From contig NW_026943826.1 of NCBI RefSeq assembly GCF_035594765.1, forward strand, positions 13,309,325 through 13,373,324: DNA of 64,000 nt, written 5' to 3'. This stretch comes from Anolis carolinensis. Taxonomy: Eukaryota. Position numbers and translations under genes: made by a program. Below the pieces are notes generated by a model that worked only from the letters and a program-made list of their open reading frames with translations, did not search any database and was not told the DNA's origin. Of this stretch, positions 24,520-38,085 are shown piece by piece. Positions within the stretch are counted from its first letter, which is position 1; each line of letters opens with the position of its first letter.

Positions 24520-25105
24520 GGCAGATGGTGGAGTCCAAAGAAGAACCCGTGGTCTCTTAGGATCATGGAATTGGAAGAACCATAGAGTTGGAAGAGACCT
24601 CATGAGCAAATGGTGAAGTCCAGAGAAGAACCCGTAGTCTCATAGGATCATGGAATTGGAAGAACCATAGAATCATAGAGTTGGAAGAGACCTCATGTGT
24701 AGATGGTGGAGTCCAGAGAAGGACCCGTGGTCTCATAGGATCATGGAATTGGAAGAACCATGGAATCATGGAGTTGGAAGAGACCTCATGGGTAGATGGC
24801 GAAGTCCAAAGAAGAAACCGTGGTCTCATAGGAACATGGAATTGGAAGAGACCTCATGGGTAGATGGTGGAGTCCAGAGAAGAACCTGTGGTTCGTAGGA
24901 TCATGGAATTGGAAGAATCATGGAATCATGGAGTTGGAAGAGATCTCATGGGCAGAGGGCAAAGTCCAGAGAAGAACCCGTGGTCTCATAGGATCATGGA
25001 AGAACCATAGAGTTGGAAGAGACCTCATGGGCAGATGGTGAAGTCCAGAGAAGAGCCCATGGTCTCGTATGATCATGGAATTGGAAGAACCATAGAATCA
25101 TGGAG
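24520..25105. repeat. Minisatellite in paralog A intron 1
   Basis: ggatcatggaattggaagaaccatagagttggaagagacctcatg units. Confidence 0.85.
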
Positions 25106-25417
25106 ACCCCAAGGGCCATCCAGTCCAGCTACAAGACCACATGGAGGACCTCAAGGAATGACAGAAGATGTAGGTTGCATCTATATGGTGGAATTAATGC
25201 AGTTTGGTTCCTCTTGAACCTCCGTTGGCTCAAAACTATGGAATGATGGGAGTCATAGCTTGGTGAGACACCAGAAGTCTTTGGCCGAGAAGTTCTGAAG
25301 ACCTTGCAGAACTTTCTGGAGTAGAACAACTACGTTCCAGACCAGGAAATTTCCAAATTTTGTTACATTTGAGGACCGTCGTCCCGTTTTTCATTTGCTG
25401 TTGTTCTTCCCAAACAG

Positions 25418-25634
25418 GGCAAGATCCTCGAGTGGTCCGGCCTCTGCAAGCAGATCGAGTTAATCCGCTTCATGCTGAACCTCAAGAAGGCCAGGCTGCA
25501 CCCCGGCCTCTCCACCGAGGACCTCTGCTTCGACGGGGTGCCCGTCCGGATCTACCGGCCGAAAGCGCCCTCTGCTGGCCGGAGGAAAGGGTTCGTGTTC
25601 TTCCACGGCGGAGCCGGGATGATGGGCAGCATCG
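25418..25634 (+). CDS. AADACL3/4-like: AADACL paralog A exon 2 (HGG oxyanion motif)
   Basis: DGVPVRIYRPK...FVFFHGGAGMMGSI; 217 nt, AG/GT. Confidence 0.92.
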
Positions 25635-26764
25635 GTAAGAGACCGGCGTGCCCTTCCCTGGGAGTAATGATGCGTCTACACTGCTGAATTAGTGCCGTTG
25701 GGTGCCATGTGAACTGCTGTGGCTTTGTGCAATGGATTCCTAGGAATTATTGTTTTACAAGGCTTTCCATGTGAAAGAGTAGAGGGGTGCAAAATGCCAT
25801 AGAATTCGTTATGTTTTGGTTTTGTTCTGTTTTTGTTTTGTTCTTGTTCTGTTATTGTTCTGCTTTCATTCTGCTTTCAATCTGTTTTTGCGCTGTTTTC
25901 GTTCTGGTTTTGTTCTGTTTTGTCTTGTTCTTGTTCTGTTTTATTTTGCTTTCCTTCTGTTTTTGCACTGTTTTCGTTCTGCTCTCGTTCTGTTTTCCTC
26001 CTCATTCTGTTTTCATTTTGGTTTTGTTCTGTTTTCATTTTGATTTCTTTCTTTTATTCATTCTAGTTTTGTTCTGTTTTCGGGAAGATTCTGAATCTTG
26101 AATCCGAATCTCTTATAATCTCCCAGAATATTCCCGAAAAAAGAACAGGGGGGCTCCTGAAATCTGAAACAAAAAACAGAATGAAAACAAAACAGACATG
26201 TTCTGTTTTGGTGTTTTCATTTTTATTTTGTTCTGTTTTTGTTTTGATTTTCTTTATGTTTTCGTTCTAGTTTCGTTCTGTTTTCAGGAAGATCCCGAAT
26301 CCCGAATCCGAATAGCCCCTCTCGTAATCTCCCGGAATCTTCCCAAAAACAGAACTCCTAAAATTTGAAATGAAAACAGAATGAAATCTCTTTGATTTCG
26401 TTCTGTTTTTGGGGCCTCCCCTCTTCCCCCGTTCTGTTTTCGGGAAATCTCAAATCCCGAATCTCGAATCCCGAATCCAAATAGCCCTTCTCGTAATCTC
26501 CTGGAATCTTCCTGAAAACAGAACAGGGGGCTCCTGAAATTTGAAACGAAAACAGAACGAAACCTGAACAAATTCTCACACCCCTACCCCTACACTGGTG
26601 CCTTGCCGAACTACAACTCCCAGAATTCCACAAAATGCTGCTGTGGCAGTTCGAGTGGAATTATAGTGGCAAAATCCACACCCATCCACTTTTTACGTAC
26701 TTTATCATTTCGGTAAAAATTTCTTCCTTTTTGGCCACCACAACTCTGGTTTCTTCTCCCACAG

Positions 26765-26828
26765 ATTACTACCAAGATGTTTGCTCTAAACTTGCCAAGG
26801 ACAGTCAAACCGTGCTTGTGTCTGTGGG
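26765..26828 (+). CDS. AADACL3/4-like: AADACL paralog A exon 3
   Basis: YYQDVCSKLAKDSQTVLVSVG; 64 nt. Confidence 0.9.
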
Positions 26829-26845
26829 GTAAGTGAGTCCAAACA

Positions 26846-26877
<32 letters not shown>

Positions 26878-27108
26878 GCATGCCATGCTTATTTTATTTA
26901 TACCTTGATCGATTTGCCTTCCACACCAAGCACTCAATGAATATCTATTGGAATATCACAAGAGTGAGTCACTTTTGCAAAGGACACTAATATCGTTTCC
27001 TACTCATGATGCTTCTCGTGGAACTACACATATTATTAATATTTGTTATTAAATTTATTACTACTACTAATACTACTACATAGGGACTCAAGGCAACTTA
27101 AAATCATT

Positions 27109-27169
<61 letters not shown>

Positions 27170-27969
27170 AAATTAATATTAACGATATATTTGAATAGGG
27201 AAACAAAGCAACTTAAAACTAAATTTAATAATAACAAATATTAATATTATATACCTCGCAACCTCTGAGCATGCCTGCCATAGATGTGGGCAAAACGTCA
27301 GGAGAGAATGCTTCTGGAACATGGCCATACAGCCCGGAAAACACACAACAACCCTGTGATTCCGGCCTAGAAAGCCTTCGACAACACACACAGACATGGC
27401 AACCATTCAATGCCATTAGACATACGACATATATATAGACAGACACAGAGGCAAAGATACTGTAAACGACGGAAGCTACGGCTAATTGACTGCATTTACA
27501 TCCTGAGGAGTCCTATAGAACTGCTCCAAGACTACAGAGGCTTTGATTTGTTTTGACTCCAAGCCAAGTTTGAGCCAATTGATTTGTACACTGATCTATT
27601 TAGTTTTACAGCATATTACATGCCATTTTGAAGAGACTGAATGTACACATACTGTATCGCTAACAAACTTTAGTTGGAGTCTTGTTGATATATGTCTATG
27701 TTCTATACTGAAAACTGCTCTGTGTAGCAATTAAATCTGGATGATTGACATCTATAAATCTTTATACTCTGTAAATTACGACTGTGTGCCACTACAGCTG
27801 ACAGAATTTGATCATCAGTTGTATTATTATTGGTATTATTGTTAACATTATTATGTATATGATGCTCTAATATACATATTGTGTTCTATGTTTTGAACCT
27901 TTATTGTGGTGCGTATTTTTCAGATATTGTTTAGAATAGACAGCTGTGTTTAGTTATTATTATATATTA

Positions 27970-28225
27970 GCCCCCAGATGGCATAGTGGACTAAGTGACT
28001 TGAAGGTTGGGTTGCTGACCTGAAAGCTGCCAGGTTCGAATCCCACCTGGGGAGAGTGCGGATGAGCTCCCTCTATCAGCTCCAGCTCCATGCGGGGACA
28101 TGAGAGAAGCCTCCCACAAGGATGGTAAAAACATCAAAACATCCGGGCGTCCCCTGGGCAACGTCCTTGCAGACGGCCAATTCTCTCACTCCAGAAGCAA
28201 CTCAAGTTGCTCCTGACACGAAAAA
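27970..28225 (+). mobile_element. tRNA-derived SINE (truncated relative at ~40771-40933)
   Basis: A-box-like tggcatagtgg, B-box ggttcgaatcc, A-rich tail. Confidence 0.7.
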
Positions 28226-28229
28226 TATA

Positions 28230-28681
28230 TCTATATATATAAAAGAGTGATGGCATCACGGCGACCCACAAAACAACAAAACTACAGGCCCCCCAACCTC
28301 GAAATTTGACAACACAACCCATCATCCACGCCTCTAGGTTCATACAACAAAAAGAAAAGAAAAATAAAGTCCTAATTAGAGAGAGAGAGAGGAATAATTG
28401 CTTTTATCCAATTGCTGCCAGTTAGAAGGCTAAGCTCCTCCAACTTGGTCTCCTAGCAATCCAAAAAAAATAAATAATAAAAAACACTAAAAAATTAATA
28501 CTATAATAACAGAAAATAACTAAAAATAATACAAGAAAATAATAAAATATAATAAATAAAAATATAACTTACAATAAAATTAATAAAAAATTGCAAATAA
28601 TGTCAAATAAAAATTACACAACAATTTTTAACCAATACCACCACCACTTTGCCACAGCAACGCGTGGCCGGGCACAGCTAG
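28230..28681 (+). mobile_element. Non-autonomous Helitron
   Basis: A|TC start, gccacagcaacgcgtggc hairpin, CTAG|T end. Confidence 0.8.
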
Positions 28682-28784
28682 TATATATATATATTGCAGA
28701 TGGCTACTAACCAGCTGTGCCACAGCCCGACCCGGATTCCAACATGGAGATGGTTAACTTTGTGTTTGTGTCCCGACTCTCCAG

Positions 28785-29559
28785 GTATCGCCTCTCTCCC
28801 GAACATCCGTACCCAACGCAGTGTGAGGACTGCTTCGCGGCGACGGTTCACTTCATGAAAAATTCTGAGGTCTTTGGGGTGGATCCGTCCCAGATCGTCA
28901 TTGGCGGAGACAGCGCCGGAGGCAACTACGCCAGTGTGATTGCCCAGAAACTGGTGGAGAGACCCGATCTTCCCAGACTGAGAGCCCAAGTCCTGTTGTA
29001 CGCGGGAACCCAAGCCATGGACTTCAACTTGCCTTCTTATCAACAGAACGCCACGATGCCGCTGTTGTTCCAGGACAGCGTGGTTTTCTACGGCCTGAAA
29101 TATTTCGGAAAAAGCACTTCGTTGACCGAGGACCTACTGATAGGTTCCCACGTGCCAGACGAAATAAGACTGAAATGCGACAAGTGGATGCGCCCGGAAA
29201 ACCTCCCGGAGAGATTTCTGCGCAGAGGCTTCCGACAAATCCCGGCAGTTCCGTGCAAGCCCGAAGTGTACGAAAAATTGCCGGAGATCCTCAGCATCTC
29301 TTTCTCCAGCCTATTCGCCGACGACGCCGTCATCCGGCAGCTCCCGGAGACGTTCGTGGTGACCTGCGAGTACGACGTGCTTCGGGACGACAGCCTCCTG
29401 TACAAGAAGCGCTTGGAGGACAACGGCGTCAAGGTCAGCTGGTTCCACTCCGAAAACGGGTTCCACGGCGTGATCAACTGCATCGACTTGTGGTTCCTCA
29501 CGTTCCCCGCTGGGGTGGAAATCCTGGACCGTGCTGCGGATTTCGTCCGGAGTTTATAA
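28785..29559 (+). CDS. AADACL3/4-like: AADACL paralog A exon 4 (catalytic Ser/Asp/His)
   Basis: YRLSPEHPYP...GDSAGG...YDVLRDD...GFHG; 775 nt to TAA. Confidence 0.95.
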
Positions 29560-30330
29560 ATTGCTTTCGGATGAAATCGTAACTCCAGGCAAAGGATATA
29601 ACGCCAGCATAGCAGCCACGGAGTTGTGTGTGTTTCGGTGCCATTTCACATACACGTTTATATATTGTGACTTGGAGATTGTGCACAACATCCAGGTAGT
29701 TTGCATCATGTATGACCTCCAAGTCATGATGGAAGGGAACAATGTTATTGGCATGCCAATCAAACCCAACAAAACCGTCCTCGTTTTCCAGAAGCGAGAC
29801 TGTGGTAGGACTCCGATTTACCTGAAGGTCACAAGAGGCCACGAAATTGTGGTTTGTGAAGCCAAGTCCCAACCCAGACACCTGGACTGAGTTGTCTTCT
29901 CCTGCGTCCAATCCTTCGGGAGGATGAAAGTTGGGAAGAGAACCTCCCTGAAGCACATATCTGATAATAGATAACGTTACTGATTCCCTCCACCCTTGTC
30001 TGTGCCCTACGCCTTCCCTTCTTATCTCACTTCTAGATGGGAAAGGAAATTGTGCAGGTGGTAATCTACCTGTACGGGGTGACATAGCTTTGAATGAATC
30101 TTCTCAAGAACTTCCTGTGGGTCCTATGGGGCACCCCCATGCGATAGTTTAGGTCCCGGCCTAGTCTACTTGGAGAACCTAAAGCTAAAGGTTCTGGAAG
30201 CTTTGAGAGGAACATCTTCCAACACGTTATCTAAATTAGTGATGCTCCTCAGGCCATCTATTACGAATCCTCCAAGATCTATGTAATCCAGTTCTTAAAT
30301 TTCTGGATGGTGACAATGATTACACTATAA

Positions 30331-30790
30331 CAGTGGTCCCCAATGTGTTTTTTGACCAGGGACACTTGATCAGGGACCACTTTGAGCAGGGACACATGAC
30401 CAGGGACCACTTTGAGCAGGTACACTTGACCAGGGACCTCTTTGATCAGGGACCACCTTGACCAGGGACCACTTCAACCAGGGATCACCTTGACCAGGGA
30501 CAACTTTGATCAGGAACCACTTTGACCAGGGACCACTTTGACCAGGGACCACCTTGACCAGGGACCGCTTCAACCAGGGATCACCTTGACCAGGGACAAC
30601 TCTGACCAGGGACTACTTTGATCAGGGACCACTTTGATCAGGGACCACTTTGACGAAGGCCACTCTCCAATATTAGTACCAAAAGGGTTATGAATCTAAA
30701 GTTGACCTAAAACCGATGTTTTTGGTCCTAATGTTGGAGAGTGGTCCCTGGTCGAGTGGCCCCTGGTCAAGAAAAGGTTGGGAACCACTG
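30331..30790. mobile_element. hAT-type MITE with internal 16-17-bp gaccagggaccacttt minisatellite
   Basis: TIRs cagtggtccccaa / ttgggaaccactg. Confidence 0.65.
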
Positions 30791-31214
30791 ATCTAATCTA
30801 AGAAGATATCTGATGCCATTTTGCATCTCGCCCACAAATATTATTATGATGGTCATGGAGCTCTATCAGAAAAATCTGATAACTTCAGACCAGAATTCCA
30901 ATCATGAATGAAGACATGAACGGTCTTTGAGATGCAAAATGGACATTGGGTGGAAGGATTCCAAGATGACGCAACCCAGCCATTCAATGAGGGCAACACA
31001 TGCTTGATGAAAACGATTAGCCATACTCGGGTTGTCGTTGCGTGTGATTCATTGCTCACCTCCTTTGTTTTTGCGCTCTTATATGCATAATGTATATGTG
31101 AAATATTTTTTTATTAATAAAGTTTTATGAACATTCACCTCACGTGAAGTAGTCCATGTGTTGCGAAGCTTCGGAGTCCAATAAGGTGGAGTTCCTGCCA
31201 ATTAGAGTGTGGAA

Positions 31215-31540
31215 TGGGACACACTGGAAGAAGTAAATAAAGTTCTAGAGAACTTGAAATGAAACACTTTGAGTAGAAGAAGGAGACAAAGTTCTAGAGA
31301 ACTTGAAATGGGGCACTTGGAGTGGAAGTAGATAAAATTCTAGAGAACTTGAAATGGGACACTTGGAGTGGAAGTAGACAAAGTTCTAGAGAACTTGAAA
31401 TGGGACACTTGGAGTAGAAGAAGTAGACAGAGTTCTAGAGGATTTAAAATGGACACTTTGAGTAGAAGAAGTAGACAAAGTTCTAGAGAACTTGAAATGG
31501 GACACTTGGAGTGGGAGAATGTTATAGACAAAGTTCTCAA
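31215..31540. repeat. ~45-bp minisatellite upstream of paralog B
   Basis: aagttctagagaacttgaaatgggacacttggagt units. Confidence 0.85.
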
Positions 31541-31950
31541 CGTTAAGAAGAACATTCTGATAGTCGGAACTGTTCAACAGTGTCCATTCTCAATTTCTGG
31601 AGGTCTGGAAGGCCATCTGTTGGGAGGGCTTTGATTGGGTGTCATTTTTCAAATTTTGTTCCATCGTGCTATCAACGTTCCACCGTCTCCTCCGTTGCCA
31701 CCAGGACCAACCTTCTGTTAGCTCTATGTTGTTGCTATTGTTTGTTAATGAGCAGCAACCTTGCATGTTGCACAAGAGTTTGGATGAAGGAGGCCTCACC
31801 CAGTTGGTGCATAATGTCGGGTGTGTTGACAATTTCCTAATTGATAAGCCATCTCCAGAAGAGCATCCCGGAGAAAGTGAGGCAGAGATACTTCAAGCTC
31901 GTCCACAGTGGTGCTTGTGTCGCCTGCCTTCGCTTTCCGGAGAGGAGGAA

Positions 31951-32127
31951 ATGGAGCTCCTTCCCGTCATCTTGTGGTGGGCAGGAGGAGTTGTCGGGAT
32001 CAGCTACCTCTTGATCCTCGCCTGGGCCATTGCTTATGATTTCGCCAAGACGAGGATAAACCCGGGCTTCGACCATCCGTGGAAACTCCGAGCGCTTTAC
32101 TGGAACTTCATTATGCTCTTCACGACA
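31951..32127 (+). CDS. AADACL3/4-like: AADACL paralog B exon 1; gene 31951-36567, 410 aa
   Basis: MELLPVILWWAGGVVGISYLLILAWAIAYDF...PGFDHPWKLRALYWNFIMLFTT; GTAAG donor. Confidence 0.87.
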
Positions 32128-32172
32128 GTAAGTTCGCTGTAACGAATTTGATCCGAAATACGAATTTGATCC

Positions 32173-32373
32173 NNNNNNNNNNNNNNNNNNNNNNNNNNNN
32201 NNNNNNNNNNNNNNNNNNNNNNNNNNNNNNNNNNNNNNNNNNNNNNNNNNNNNNNNNNNNNNNNNNNNNNNNNNNNNNNNNNNNNNNNNNNNNNNNNNNN
32301 NNNNNNNNNNNNNNNNNNNNNNNNNNNNNNNNNNNNNNNNNNNNNNNNNNNNNNNNNNNNNNNNNNNNNNNNN
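32173..32373. other. Assembly gap
   Basis: N run. Confidence 1.
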
Positions 32374-33146
32374 TTTTAATTCGTATTTCAGATCAAATTC
32401 ATTAGGTTATCATATATATATATGTATATATATGGGGTATACATAATTTTCTATTTCGGATCACATTTATTAGGTTCATGCATACGAAACAATATTAGAT
32501 TTGATATTAGCAATATTATATATATATTAGGAGTGTGTATAATTTTCTATTTTGGATCACATTCGTTAAGTTCGTGCATATGAATCGATATTAGAAATAA
32601 AGGGTGTGCATAATTTAATTTTTAATTCGTATTACGCATTAAATTTGTTAGGTTATCATATATATTAGGGATGTGCATAATTTCGTATTTCGGATCACAT
32701 TCATTAGGTTCGTGCATACGAATCGATATTAGAAATATATATATATATATATATATACACATACATATACATTTTTAATCCATATTTTGGATTAAATTTG
32801 TTAGGTTATCATATATATTAGGGATGTGCATAATTTCGTATTTGGGATCACATTCGTTAGGTTCGTGCATACGAATTGAAATTAGAATCGATATTAGAAA
32901 TATATATATGTGCGTGTATATATGTATATATATATATATATATAGAAAAGGTCAACAGCGCTTAGGTCAACAGCGAGCTAGGCTATTAATGGTTGGGAGC
33001 TCAACCCGACCCAAAATGTGTACGTATGGTACCTCTCAACTTCACTACAATGTTGGGAAATAAATCCCATGCCCTGCCATGTACCTGCAGACATTGTGGA
33101 AAGATGTTTTCCATTTCCATGGGACTTCTTCTCTTTCTCCAAACAG

Positions 33147-33363
33147 GCGAAGATTTTGGAGTGTCTGGGTGTCTGCACGCAGCTGGCCTTCGTCCGCCTC
33201 ATGACGGATCTCCGGAGGCACAAGGTCCCTCCCAACCTCTACACCAAAGACCTGGATTTCGACGGCGTCGCCGTCCGGATTTACCTCCACAAAACACCGA
33301 GTCCTGTCGGAAGGAAGGGATTCGTTTTCTTCCACGGAGGGGCTGGGCTTGCCGGAAGCATCT
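33147..33363 (+). CDS. AADACL3/4-like: AADACL paralog B exon 2
   Basis: AKILECLGVC...FVFFHGGAGLAGSI; 217 nt. Confidence 0.92.
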
Positions 33364-33813
33364 GTAAGTGCGTAGGGTTGGTGTCCTATATTTGTTTACA
33401 ATATTGCTGTGGAAATATCCCAGCGGAAGTTGTAGACATATTATTATTATTAATATTATTATTATTGCTGCAGAAAACCTAGCCATTCCATAAAGCGGTA
33501 CCTAAATTTCCTACTTGACAGATGCCACTGTCTTTCGAGCTGCTTAGGTCAACAGCGAGCTAGGCTATTAATGGTCGGGAGCTCAACCCGACCCGAAATG
33601 TTCCAAAGTTGGCAACATCGATCCCGCCAAACTCACAGGGTGCTGTGGAGTAACCAAGAGTGCTACTAAGGTTGTTGCTGTTCTCCACCCTTGAATGAAT
33701 CGTGCTGTGTGTTGAAGACTATGAGAATAAGTGATTTCGAAGCGCTTACCTCGGAATAGCTTTAGTCTCACACTGAATTCTTACGTTGTTGTTTTTTTTT
33801 CCTCCTTAACTAG

Positions 33814-33877
33814 CTTCCTATCAAAACATTTGCAATAGACTTGCCAACGAGAGCGGCTCGGTAGTGGTATCTGTCGG
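33814..33877 (+). CDS. AADACL3/4-like: AADACL paralog B exon 3
   Basis: SYQNICNRLANESGSVVVSVG; 64 nt, tag/gtaag. Confidence 0.9.
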
Positions 33878-34984
33878 GTAAGTGAATTCCATTAGATTCC
33901 ATTAGATTGTTGTCACCACAAATGTTTGTCGTGTTTGTTAACTTACTTGGTTACTCAGTTTGTTAACTGACTTACCCGGGAAAGAGAAAGTCCAAAACCA
34001 AAGTGTACATAAGTCACTCTCGTTCAACGGGACGGACTGCTCCTAGTTATAAACCAATTACAACATGTAATAACAACAACAGTTGTATAGCTGTTTTAGA
34101 ATAACAGTACGAACCCATGGTACTGATACCTAATTTTGATCAAACAAGGCCTCTCTTACAATATAATTCTATGATATTCTTGGGCCGGATGTCCTTCATC
34201 TCTCTGGGTATTATCAAGGTCCTCCCACACCCTTATAGTATTCGTGACAGGATGTCCTTCATTTCAATATGGCCTCTTTGGAGATCCTGAGATCCTCCCA
34301 CATGCGGATGTTTCATTCTTAGACCGGATGTCCTTCATTTCAATAGGGCTTGGTATCATCCATAGCTTTGCATCTCCACACAGTGTCCTATGATATGCCT
34401 CCTAACCTTTTTATCTATTGCCTTCATCATGTTTCTCGATGCTATGAAGTTCTGAGAGTTGTAGTTGGGTGAGGGACCAGCCCTCTTTCCTCTGAGATGC
34501 CTCCTAACCTGTCTATCTGTCGCCTTCAACACATTTCTTGAAAGCGACTCAATACTATGAAGTTCTGGGAGTTGTAGTTGGGTGAGGAACCGTCCCTCTC
34601 TCCAGAGAAGGCTACAGACATGGTAGAACTCCAGCTTCCATGATTCCATAATTTTCAGGTCATAAAGTCCTCTTGAACCTTTCTTCCTACTTCCACCTTC
34701 CTCGGTTGCTTATCTAAGGCTCCTGCTGTGCTTTGTTCTGTCTCGCAGAGACTGGGAGAATGAGTTTAGATTCTCTTCTCAACTCCTCTGGAAATCTCCT
34801 CCTCTTCCATCTCTACTTTTATTGCTCCTCCTTCATTCTTATCTCCTTATTGGTCCAGGTGTGGAGTAAAGTTTCTGGAATGTTCTCTCTGGGATCCTAT
34901 CTATCAACTAGCTTACAATGCGTTTAATACCTGGTAGTATCCCTCATTATTATTATTTTATTATTTACAGTATTTACATTCTAC

Positions 34985-35237
34985 CCTTGATGGAGTACTT
35001 CCTCACTCTTTTCCACACACTGCTGGAAGTTTTTATGGTGTCGTAAATTAGTTAAATTAGCCTCTTTCCATAAAGTGGTACCTAAATTTCCTACTTGACA
35101 GATGCAACTGTCTTTCGAGCTGCTTAGGTCAACAGCGAGCTAGGCTATTGAATGGTCGGGAGCTCAATCCGACCCGGGCTTCGATCTCAAGACCTCTCGG
35201 TCAGTAGTGATTTATTGCAGCTGGCTACTAACCAGCC
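34985..35237 (-). mobile_element. Dispersed SINE family 2 (other copies ~33490-33595, 54480-54722, 54760-54922, 60240-60700)
   Basis: Shared gtacctaaatttcctacttgacagatgcaactgtctttc...gctactaaccagc block at multiple loci. Confidence 0.7.
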
Positions 35238-35792
35238 CTTGCCGAGACTGAGTGTGGGATCTACTCTTGCCCAGACAGAGTTTGACCTATGTGTTATTGC
35301 GGGATGGGGGCGTGAAACGAGTTATAGTTTCCAAATCACAACTTCACCGAGGTAGATAACAAGTATCCCAGAAACAAGCAAAATACAGCAGAGTCCTTTC
35401 ACAACAACAACAAAAGAACACACTTCCAAAATATCCAAAATATTGGGGGGGGGGGGGGGTTAATTGCAATATGTACAAATGTAAAACCATTCGTACTTGT
35501 AAACAATCAGAGTCATCGAATAGTCACGTACAGAATAGACAGATACTCAGAAAGAGTCACACAGGAGAGAGTAAGATGGATTTCATCTCCACCGTTGCAA
35601 TATATACAAATGTAAAACCAGGATACGCAGATCCACTTTCCTCGTACTTGCAAACAATCAGAGTCATCAAATACTCATGTGCAGAATAGACAGATACTCA
35701 GAAAGAGTCACAGAGGAGAGAGGAAGGTGGATTCAATTGCAGTTGGCTACTAACCAGCGACACCAAATGCTTAACGTTTCCTGTCTCTCCAG

Positions 35793-36567
35793 GTATCGTC
35801 TCTCTCCCGAATATCCGTTTCCCGCACAGTCCGAGGACTGCCACGCCGCGACGGTGCATTTCATGAAGAACGCCGAGGTCTACGGGGTGGATCCCTCCCA
35901 GATCGTCATCGGCGGAGACAGCGCCGGAGGCAACTTCGCCACCATGATCGCCCAGAAACTGGCGGGGAGATCGGACCTTCCGAAGCTGCGGGCTCAAGTC
36001 CTGATCTACGCGGGCGTCCAAGCCATGGACTTCACTCTACCTTCCTACCAACAGAATGCTCGAATGCCGTTCTTGTTCCGCGAGAACCTCGCTTACTACG
36101 GGTTGCAGGCTTTGGGGAAGGACCCTTCTCTGTCGGGCGACATGCTGCGGGGGTCTCACGTTCCGCACGAGATGAGGCTGAAATACGAGAAATACGTGAG
36201 TCCGGACAACCTCCCGGAGCGGTTCAAGCGCCGGGGCTACCGACCCGTCCCGCCGTCTCCGTTCAAGCCGGAAGCGTACGAGCAATTGTCCGACATCCTC
36301 GACGCCTCTTTCTCCACCCTTTTCGCCGACGACGCCGTCATCCGACAACTCCCGGAGACGTTCATCGTGAGCTGCGAGTACGACATCTTGCGGGACGACA
36401 GCCTCCTGTACAAGAAGCGCCTGGAGGACAACGGCGTCAAAGTGGGGTGGTTCCACGCCGAGAACGGCTTCCACGGCGTGATCAACTTTTTCGACTTGGG
36501 CTTTTTCTCGTTCCCACTCGGGATCGAAATACTGAGTCGCGTCGCCGAGTTTGTCAAGCATTTATGA
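35793..36567 (+). CDS. AADACL3/4-like: AADACL paralog B exon 4
   Basis: YRLSPEYPFP...GDSAGG...YDILRDD...GFHG; 775 nt to TGA. Confidence 0.95.
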
Positions 36568-36670
36568 GATGCGTTCTCCCCGAGACGGTGGTATAAAATG
36601 GATAATATTGATAATAAAATTAAATACAATACAATATAAATATTAATATTTAATATTATACTATGTATAA

Positions 36671-36821
36671 NNNNNNNNNNNNNNNNNNNNNNNNNNNNNN
36701 NNNNNNNNNNNNNNNNNNNNNNNNNNNNNNNNNNNNNNNNNNNNNNNNNNNNNNNNNNNNNNNNNNNNNNNNNNNNNNNNNNNNNNNNNNNNNNNNNNNN
36801 NNNNNNNNNNNNNNNNNNNNN
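36671..36821. other. Assembly gap
   Basis: N run. Confidence 1.
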
Positions 36822-36976
36822 CTTGGGAAGTGTTCGACTTGTGATTTTGTGATATGAAATCCAGCATATCTGTCTTGTTTGCTGTGTCATACAATAAAAT
36901 AATAATAATAATATCCAAATATACATATCACACTCCCAAATGTATAACATTGATAATAATATTAAAATGTAATACA

Positions 36977-37029
<53 letters not shown>

Positions 37030-37122
37030 TCCAAAAATACATCACTTGGGAAGTATTCGACTTGTGATTTTGTGATACGAAATCCAGCATATAGATCTCG
37101 TTTGCTGCGTCATACTCTCTCT

Positions 37123-37174
<52 letters not shown>

Positions 37175-37274
37175 TCAAAAAATACAACACTTGGGAAGTG
37201 TTCGACTTGTGATTTTGTGATACGAAATCCAGCATATAGATCTCGTTTACTGTGTCATACAATGTCTTTGTGTC

Positions 37275-37309
<35 letters not shown>

Positions 37310-37310
37310 A
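36822..37310 (+). mobile_element. Three very short R4/Dong 3'-end copies separated by (TAA)n
   Basis: cttgggaagtgttcgacttgtgattttgtgatacgaaatccagcat matches the 3' end of the copy at 56640-56712. Confidence 0.75.
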
Positions 37311-37411
37311 CAGTTATAATAGTATATTATATATTATATGTCATATTACTAATAATATTGCAGTATAGGAGTATAGTACAATATAGTAATATATCATGTT
37401 TATATTGTGCT

Positions 37412-37872
37412 AGATGGTCTCATAGGACCATAGGTAAGTCATGGGACCCCCAAAGGCCATCTAGATGTTCTCCTAATATTATAGATAAGGGAAGGGAACT
37501 CCAAAGGCCATCTAGATGATCTCATAGGACCATAGGTAAGGAAAGAGGTCCTCAAAGGCCATCTAGATGGTCTCCTCATATTATAGATAGGGAAAGGAAC
37601 CCGCAAAAGCCATCTAGACAGTCTCATATGGCCATTGGTAAGGCAAGGGACCACCAAAGATCATCAAGATGGTCTCATAAGACCATAGATAAGGAAAGAG
37701 ACCCCAGAAGGCCAACAAGACGGTCTCATAAGACCATAGGTAAGTCAAGGGACCCCCCAAAGGCCATCTAGATGGTCTCATAAGACCATAGATAAAGAAA
37801 GAGACCCCAGAAGGCCAACTAGATGGTCTCATAAGACCATAGATAAGGAAAGAGACCCCCAAGGAGCATCTA
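37412..37872. repeat. Minisatellite (aaggccatctagatggtctcataagaccatag)
   Basis: Tandem ~47-bp units. Confidence 0.85.
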
Positions 37873-38085
37873 GTAGATGAATTGTTGTCCTCCTCGTTGG
37901 ACCAAACTCAATCTACGGTGCCGCTGATGTGTAGGAGGAGCTCCTTGACGTTAGTAGTGTCCATATCTGATGGTCAATCTAATTGCCTTTAATTGTAAAT
38001 GAAATCATAAACAATAACAATGGTAAGAGAGAGGAAGGCAGGAGTTGCTCTCTCTTCCTTACTCAAGGGAGCCTTTTCTGGTCTT

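Noticed and set aside
27970-28050. tRNA-like A/B boxes
   Set aside because: Head of a SINE, no full cloverleaf; not a tRNA gene
29088-29582. Antisense and alternative-frame ORFs over AADACL exon 4 (also at B, C, D)
   Set aside because: Expected shadow ORFs of GC-rich coding sequence
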